IMG/VR virus record: IMGVR_UViG_3300032291_001597
Coordinates: 32,001 to 96,000 of that record
DNA length: 64,000 bases
DNA from: a virus
Direction: 5' to 3' (one strand)
Positions within the stretch are counted from its first letter, which is position 1. The number at the start of each line of letters is the position of its first letter. This document shows positions 58,601 to 64,000 of this stretch, piece after piece. A program made the position numbers and the translations under genes. The notes under the pieces were generated by a model. That model made no database searches. It was given only the letters and a program-made list of their open reading frames with translations, and was not told the DNA's origin.

Positions 58601-61600
58601 CCTGAGTGTTACTAGGGCACTTAATGGATTTATTACTGCCATCAACACTGGTAATCCAAGAGAAGATTATATTTCTAGCGGTTCTCTGGAAAACAGAACT
58701 AGAAACCTGACTTTTATCGAAGACTCGATAACTACTAAAACTGGTAGAGACACTAGAACTACGATTATTAATAAAGCAAAGGCAATTTTTGTTGCTCGCG
58801 ATGGCGGGGTATATGAAATTAGCATAGACAGTCACAACGCTGACATTGTGGCAAGACAACTTGATGCTAGCGGAAATTATGTGACTCTTCGCAGTGGTAC
58901 GGAACGAGCAGCATTCTTAAATCAATACGGCGGTAGTGGAGACGGGTTCCACTCCGAGGACGATGGATATTTAGACCCGTATAGCCCTAATTCCGATAAA
59001 ATTAGGCCCGTTACTCCAGGAATGATTAGAACAGACGACTCTGTTCAATCAAGTGGATTGGGAGGAGCGCTTTACGCTTTCCTAGGCTATCTACACGACC
59101 AAAATGGTCGTGGATTTATGCACAGTGCTCATTTGCTAGGACCTGGCAATATGGCAAGCAAACTTGTAAATAAAAACCTAAAGTATCACAACCCATCCCA
59201 GAGGGAAAAAGCCCTTACAGTAATAAATCCTAATTCCGACATTATTCAGTCAATGAGTGACGCTGGCTGGTTTGGTCGCAGTTACAATGCTTTCACTACT
59301 TTGACTCTGTATCCTGGTAGCCACAGTTCGCTGGACATTGCTGGAAAGATGACGTTCCAAAACTTCCTAAAGCCTTTGGACGGTAGCCTCGGCGGTGGGA
59401 ACAACATCGGTCCACTTTGGAATATGGACAAATCTATCCACGAACTTGCAGACCTGCTTCACGACTCGATTTCTATGGAGTCACCTGACGTGGCTGACTA
59501 CTTTAAAGAGTATTTCGATGGCAACAGGGAAGACTGGGAACTAATAAGCATCCAAGGCACTCTTCTTGACACTGCCTTCTTGGGCGGAGCGACCAAAGAA
59601 GATGCTCTTACTAAGTTACGTAACCTAAAAAAGGTTACAGATTCACTCTTGTCCCCCGATGCTCGCATACCTGCTAGGGGGAACGTCAAGAAGATTGCTA
59701 CTGGTCTATCTGAGGCTCTAAATCAACTAATTCCTGCTATCGATGCTAGAAGTTTTGATGACAGCACTAGGGTAGAGCGTCCTAAAGACATGGACTTCAA
59801 GTCGTTTAGCAAGGTCTTCGCTGACCCGTTTGAATCTAAGAATGGCTATGAGCCGTTTAGAACCGACTTTATTATGCCAGAGGGCGTTCCTCCTATTGAC
59901 TCTTCTGATTCATATATGCCAAAGAGAAATTACCCTAGTGAGTGGATAAACTCAGACGTTCCTGCCCCTAGTTCTTGGAGCGACGAAGGCGGAACCCTAG
60001 AACTACAGTCAGAGGAAAGATTGGTTGGTGCTTTAAGAAAGAGCATACAAAATAAATCTGACTTGGCAGTTATGGATTTTGATGGCGTAGACCGAAACAT
60101 CCAAGCACGCTCTATTTATGATGCGCTACGTCGCAAGAGCCTAGACCACAATATGATTCTCGCCAAACTTTACGACGAGGTTTTGGGCGGGAACGAGAAC
60201 CAAACAAGACTAGAAGAGTTTAGAAGAACCGCCCCGTCTCTTAAGAGCGAGGCTGCCGAACTAATCGAGTCCGTTGGAATCGTAGTTCCGCCAGCAGACT
60301 TTGAGTTTGGTGGTATGTACGACGAGGATGCCCATAAACTTTCCGCTGGCTCCGCAGTCTATGATGATGAAGTCACTGGAGAGGGTTTCGGTCTCCAACT
60401 AACCAAACTTTCGGAGAACGAGAACCTACGTACACCTAACTACGCGACGTTGGACCGTAAGCCCTACGTTAGCGTAGATGAAGCGGACAACTGGTCCCGC
60501 TTGGGAACAAGTGACAATCCTAGAATTATTGCTAGAAACTTCTCTCGCTCTGGGCTGTCTCAGGGGCTTGTTAGTGCTCTAAAGAGAAACAGTAGTTATG
60601 TGAACCTACAGTTTGCTAATGGCACAGAGAGAAGAATCTCAATTCTTGCAATTAGAGATGCGCTTCAGCACCAAGGCGTAGACACTAACGCGCTTCTAAA
60701 GTCCGCTGGGGCGACTAGGGTTCGCGAGTACATCAGGTCTGTGAACGTGGCAGATAACGGTGAAAGAGTGACCAACACTTTCAAGGTCGGAGAAAAGCCA
60801 GGCTTTATAAGAACTAACACTTACGCTAACCCAGAGGCAGAGTCTAACGGGCGAGCAACTGTTCTTATCGATGACCCTAATGCAACTTCTTATGATTCTT
60901 TGGGTTCTGGTTCTAAGGTTATCGGTCTCACTCGTTTAGACACTACGGCAGACCCGTTGCGACCTTACGCTGTAGTTTGGTTCGGTAAAAAAGATGCTGT
61001 CGCACTAAGCAGATTCAATGTTGAGGACCACGGCAGTAGAGTTGTAGAGCGCTATGAGACAAGAGCAGAGGCAGACGCCGTGCTTGGCGATTTGGCTAGA
61101 GACGATATGTTCTTTGTCGACCAGATTATGCAGGACTCGGCAATCCTGCCTCCACTAAAAGTTACAAAGAGACTTCCTTCTACTTTGCCTATGACGGAGA
61201 GACTTCTGGGTTCTAGGACAATCAGCCACCAAATTGGAATTATTGACCCTAGAGTTGTCCACTTTTCCGACAACAGCGGGGTGCCTGGGGAAGGCGGTAA
61301 GGACGACCTGTTCCGTGATGACAATGGCAACATACTTGCAACCGTAACTGCTAACGAAGACGGACAGTTCCAAGCCAAAGTAGACTCGCTCACCGAAACT
61401 TTTACTGACAGACAAATTGCTCAGCGGTGGGCTGGCGAAGAGTTGGCAAGAAAATTAGAAGCAAATCTAAACCTTGCTGATAGTAGTAAAGTCCCTGCGG
61501 AACGACCTAAGAGAGTTTTGTCTGGCTACGAAGAGTCAGAAACTCTAAAGACTGACCTAACTCTTTCTACTTATGGAGTTCTTTACTACAACGAAGGCTC

Positions 61601-64000
61601 TGTAGTAAGAGCCATTAAGGTTACTGGTCAGCGGGCTAAGGCTTCTCCTTACAGAAGAGCCGAACCTGATTACCGACTTTTGTCTGTTAGCGTCACTGAC
61701 CCGTCCAATCCTACTGTTAGTAAGTTTAACTTAGGGATTAGTAGAACTGGTAGAAGCGAATGGTACCTAACTGCTAGTGGTGGTGAAGTAGCGGTCGGCG
61801 AGCCTATGAATGTATCTAAAGTCTTTACCTCGCCAGAGGCAGCGATAAAGCAGGCAAGAAAACTTTCCGAGGACCGTCTAGGAAAAGACATGGTCCCTGA
61901 CTTTGGTCCTATTGGATACAAGTCTTTGCCAGATGAAGTAATTCCTAGCCTCCCTAACGCCAAGGACTTGGATGAAGTGCTTACCCACGCTTCAACCGTT
62001 ATTGACTCGACAGATGCGGTCGAATTATCTAGTTTGAGTGGCGTGAATGGTGCCAAAAAAATTCAACTACCAGACGGAAGAATATTTAAGCGTAAAGGTG
62101 GTGGCATTACTTCTGGTCCTGCGGGCATTAGAAACGCAGAGAACAAGAGAAGAGTAGATGCTGAAGTATTTGCTCACGCTGTCTATAACTTTGCTGGAAT
62201 CCAAGCAACTAACGCACAAAAGGGTAAAAACGGCTCCGCTCCTGTAGTCATGGACCCTTGGGTGGATGTTGACGGTAGCAAAAATTGGATGAAAATCACC
62301 GAACGTTCTGGGTCTGGCACCCAAATTGGTGAAGACGTTCAGCGCGGTTTTGTGCTCGATGCTCTATTTGACAATCGTGATGTTGCTACTAACTCTGGAA
62401 ACATTATTGTCGGAACCGATGGTCGCGCTCGCCGTTGCGACATGGGTGGTGCTGGTCTGTTTAAGGCTGGTGGAGACCGCGGTGTTAGGGCAACTACCTT
62501 CCAGGCTGATAGAGGAGAATCTTCTGTAGATTTTTATATGGGCAACTATATGGACTGGAGCCGTTCTACTGTCTACAAAGGTTTTAGTGAAGAGAAGCGT
62601 AAGCAATACGCTATCGACCACCTAGCCCCTCTTACTGACGAGGCGCTAGACAAACTTGGTGCTCTTATCGAAAACGAAGAAGACAGGAAGAAAACTCTTG
62701 ACACTCTAAAGGCTCGCAGAGACGGTATTCTCCGCAAGTTGGGAATTGACATCGAGGAAGAACGAAGAAAGCGTGCTGGTTCATCTGCCGCCGAGCCTGA
62801 GTCTGAAGATGTTGTAGAAGTTCCAGACACTTCAGAAGAAACCATCGATGAGCCATTATTGTTGGAAGAACCCGTACGCGTACCCGTACCTTCTGGTCCT
62901 AAGAGGGTAAGTATGGCTGACCGTCTGCCTTTGAAGAGAACTCCTGATGGAGTTTATTACCCAGAACGTCACTCAGACCTATTCCCCTACACTCAGAAGA
63001 TAAGAAACGGCGAGATTGTTCCTGAAGAACTTCCTTTCGCTTTCAAGCAACCTATACCTGTCATAGACGCTGGTGGATTCTATATGAGTACCCCACCGAG
63101 TTACGTTGACGCTAACGGAATCTACAGAACTTCTGCTTTCGGAACTTTCAATACTTTTATTAGAAGAAAGAACGCTGACGGAAGTTACTCAATCCTTGGA
63201 TTTGGCAGAGGCATAGGCGACAGAGAAGTTCTCGGTGGATTGATTGAAGATAGAGGTGCTTACAGCCACGACGCTGACGCTGAACACCTACGTCAAGTTT
63301 TGGATTCTAAAACTCACGGACTTGAGGGCAAAACTCCTGTGACGCACGAAGTGGAGTTGGCTCCTGGTTACAAGTCACGAGTTTCTATCTACGACTTGTC
63401 AGAAGATGAGGCTAGAGACTTGAACTTAGCCAATGAACGACTCCTCCCTACCGACGATGGTGGAAAATACAGAAACAGGGAGTGGATGCCCCTGAACGAT
63501 TTCTTAGAACGAATCTCTGACCCTGAGTGGATTGCCAACCCAGACAACCTTCAAGGACTTAGAGGCATCTTCTCTATGCCTACAATGCCACACCCACGGT
63601 CAAAGCCTCTAGGCGTGCCTCGTTCTGAAGATGAAGACATTGAAGTTGGAACTATCGAGTGGTCAAGAACCTCTGAGGTACTAGGTAAGTCTTATACAGT
63701 ATCTAAACTAACCAACGGAACTTACTCTATTAATGATTCGTCTGGTAAGACAATTGCTGAAGTGAGACCTGCTAAGGGGCTTTACAAGTTTGAAGCGTAT
63801 ATTCTTCCAAACAACATTGGCACTCCGGGCAACCCTGGAGCAAGACTAGCGTTCTTTGACAATGACAGACAAGCCACCGCTTGGGCTGGAGACTTAGCCA
63901 CAGAAATGATTGGCGGAGACAAAAACCTATTCAACGAATTAGGTGTTGGCGAAGTTGACTTAGGTCCTATTAGCCCAGTAGTTCACAAGGGCGGACACCT
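55659..64000 (+). CDS. giant multi-domain protein 2 (at least 2780 aa, truncated by window end): SAM-lyase-like, GNAT-like, kinase, degenerate NUDIX
   Basis: aggag RBS and ATG at 55659; no stop in the stretches I translated (incl. the window end), and its absence from the ORF track fits an unclosed frame; N-terminus paralogous to giant 1 (QRRDRYGRWVEMGG vs QRRDRKGRFAWMGG). Confidence 0.9.
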   Translation, partial: MTDAFGLSHPDDSPIVAASNAYSGKNSAAARRLRVKLQRRDRYGRWVEMGGVLSFKVRVNGEVQTKIGRAVGGSQRDGYIRVVIPEGQGIRPGTYHISEKVSRTAKAMLGEEYLEEKGVKVDANGNSIGEVLDRDIEDVKDLFREDTSDLDRALLDGVLSEDEKSALEKSRKTAPTHKSYNVVDESGKRVDEDEVGGLDFTDIADSRNWRLRKNRDGSIKSGKYLSPDKKLRAEIYQTESGKTYMKVSYPSDKNLIENEEVGALTEDDLLGDSRNLSTGYGRSLDSVDKTVKGAKAVLPAPDKEEQKKIDAERKAMEDLVKASPVRESYAMPELYMAEATDDELFARLKSLEERDTNNDSLFIKDGEIRNLRAERESVIIDDIRRELKGRGLAIPKSVKPAKRPLKKPAKPSEQPDNWLSAPSLRVGDQIVDADGKRKKIASITPEPEGDRALIKFADGSERMYEGEELVQIASKSLIKEDVPVEPVAPKFPDANRSNVYDNAAKALGITPEELKADERIFDAVEHTSDLIDKRQEDALPEFMGEDGTTRLYSSLTDAIAKHYALTKNGELYEPEPLGRDNKDLLEKARAGGATINPLSRRNRLQGWAVAVRGNNDEIIDTVALEDGIGDLLMNDYVNRNIDKFGGNKYLGLWHDKKNHELVFDVSEVFKETDVEAATKAGQDRNQKAIFNLRTWDEIETGGTGDNGRAREERESARLGGDKPRGVEEPEPARADSADEERTPVSDSGVDGARAEDEQGLSDNLRELPSYLRDNLLELLPTGIYESDKKSIGENIDRLENSLDKGSSAITQALKALSRSLAKAEKKQNEKDADNREVADLLDETIMQVSLAHNYAKSITVAPSAPGQPEGKLTQPGSASSRRISPSSDGSEFIAVPRMARDSGGGTDDSISDLSDIVDDTDPEIVRQLRAMDLAVDYDSLSDSQKNTYNNLKTFQEKAVRALTISAVSDNMEKYKRQRTIALSVTRALNGFITAINTGNPREDYISSGSLENRTRNLTFIEDSITTKTGRDTRTTIINKAKAIFVARDGGVYEISIDSHNADIVARQLDASGNYVTLRSGTERAAFLNQYGGSGDGFHSEDDGYLDPYSPNSDKIRPVTPGMIRTDDSVQSSGLGGALYAFLGYLHDQNGRGFMHSAHLLGPGNMASKLVNKNLKYHNPSQREKALTVINPNSDIIQSMSDAGWFGRSYNAFTTLTLYPGSHSSLDIAGKMTFQNFLKPLDGSLGGGNNIGPLWNMDKSIHELADLLHDSISMESPDVADYFKEYFDGNREDWELISIQGTLLDTAFLGGATKEDALTKLRNLKKVTDSLLSPDARIPARGNVKKIATGLSEALNQLIPAIDARSFDDSTRVERPKDMDFKSFSKVFADPFESKNGYEPFRTDFIMPEGVPPIDSSDSYMPKRNYPSEWINSDVPAPSSWSDEGGTLELQSEERLVGALRKSIQNKSDLAVMDFDGVDRNIQARSIYDALRRKSLDHNMILAKLYDEVLGGNENQTRLEEFRRTAPSLKSEAAELIESVGIVVPPADFEFGGMYDEDAHKLSAGSAVYDDEVTGEGFGLQLTKLSENENLRTPNYATLDRKPYVSVDEADNWSRLGTSDNPRIIARNFSRSGLSQGLVSALKRNSSYVNLQFANGTERRISILAIRDALQHQGVDTNALLKSAGATRVREYIRSVNVADNGERVTNTFKVGEKPGFIRTNTYANPEAESNGRATVLIDDPNATSYDSLGSGSKVIGLTRLDTTADPLRPYAVVWFGKKDAVALSRFNVEDHGSRVVERYETRAEADAVLGDLARDDMFFVDQIMQDSAILPPLKVTKRLPSTLPMTERLLGSRTISHQIGIIDPRVVHFSDNSGVPGEGGKDDLFRDDNGNILATVTANEDGQFQAKVDSLTETFTDRQIAQRWAGEELARKLEANLNLADSSKVPAERPKRVLSGYEESETLKTDLTLSTYGVLYYNEGSVVRAIKVTGQRAKASPYRRAEPDYRLLSVSVTDPSNPTVSKFNLGISRTGRSEWYLTASGGEVAVGEPMNVSKVFTSPEAAIKQARKLSEDRLGKDMVPDFGPIGYKSLPDEVIPSLPNAKDLDEVLTHASTVIDSTDAVELSSLSGVNGAKKIQLPDGRIFKRKGGGITSGPAGIRNAENKRRVDAEVFAHAVYNFAGIQATNAQKGKNGSAPVVMDPWVDVDGSKNWMKITERSGSGTQIGEDVQRGFVLDALFDNRDVATNSGNIIVGTDGRARRCDMGGAGLFKAGGDRGVRATTFQADRGESSVDFYMGNYMDWSRSTVYKGFSEEKRKQYAIDHLAPLTDEALDKLGALIENEEDRKKTLDTLKARRDGILRKLGIDIEEERRKRAGSSAAEPESEDVVEVPDTSEETIDEPLLLEEPVRVPVPSGPKRVSMADRLPLKRTPDGVYYPERHSDLFPYTQKIRNGEIVPEELPFAFKQPIPVIDAGGFYMSTPPSYVDANGIYRTSAFGTFNTFIRRKNADGSYSILGFGRGIGDREVLGGLIEDRGAYSHDADAEHLRQVLDSKTHGLEGKTPVTHEVELAPGYKSRVSIYDLSEDEARDLNLANERLLPTDDGGKYRNREWMPLNDFLERISDPEWIANPDNLQGLRGIFSMPTMPHPRSKPLGVPRSEDEDIEVGTIEWSRTSEVLGKSYTVSKLTNGTYSINDSSGKTIAEVRPAKGLYKFEAYILPNNIGTPGNPGARLAFFDNDRQATAWAGDLATEMIGGDKNLFNELGVGEVDLGPISPVVHKGGH

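Noticed and set aside
55563-62856. Short ORFs listed after 55.5 kb
   Set aside because: They are shadows of the single long plus-strand frame starting at 55659.

Overview
This is a 64 kb segment of a large tailed dsDNA phage. The host is most likely actinobacterial, given the ClgR-like regulator, NrdH, DUF1360/DUF3846/DUF6011-like genes and many leaderless genes. 1-9.5 kb: auxiliary and nucleotide genes (three 2OG-Fe(II) oxygenases, DNA methylase, dUTPase, a DUF4406-dNMP kinase fusion), tRNA-Gly, tRNA-Arg and a candidate structured RNA. 9.6-14.9 kb: leftward block with a HiPIP-like protein, M23 lysin, holin-like gene and an 833-aa surface-like protein. 15-21.9 kb: glycosyltransferase, Mom-like acetyltransferase, probable TerS, a variant CHAP protein and a fourth oxygenase. 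22-41.5 kb: early-type region of small genes behind sigmaA-like promoters (MoxR AAA+/VWA pair, ClgR-like HTH, NlpC/P60, HDAC-like deacetylase), containing a ~1.2 kb repeat and G-rich non-coding block at 31.1-32.3 kb. 41.6-64 kb: TerL, phosphatase, portal, Dps and two paralogous giant multi-enzyme proteins (2256 aa, and at least 2780 aa running off the window and missing from the ORF track). Several dispersed DNA motifs recur in the 19-44 kb interval. No CRISPR array, integrase or major capsid gene was recognised. All product calls are by motif recognition and all counts were done by eye; no database search was run.
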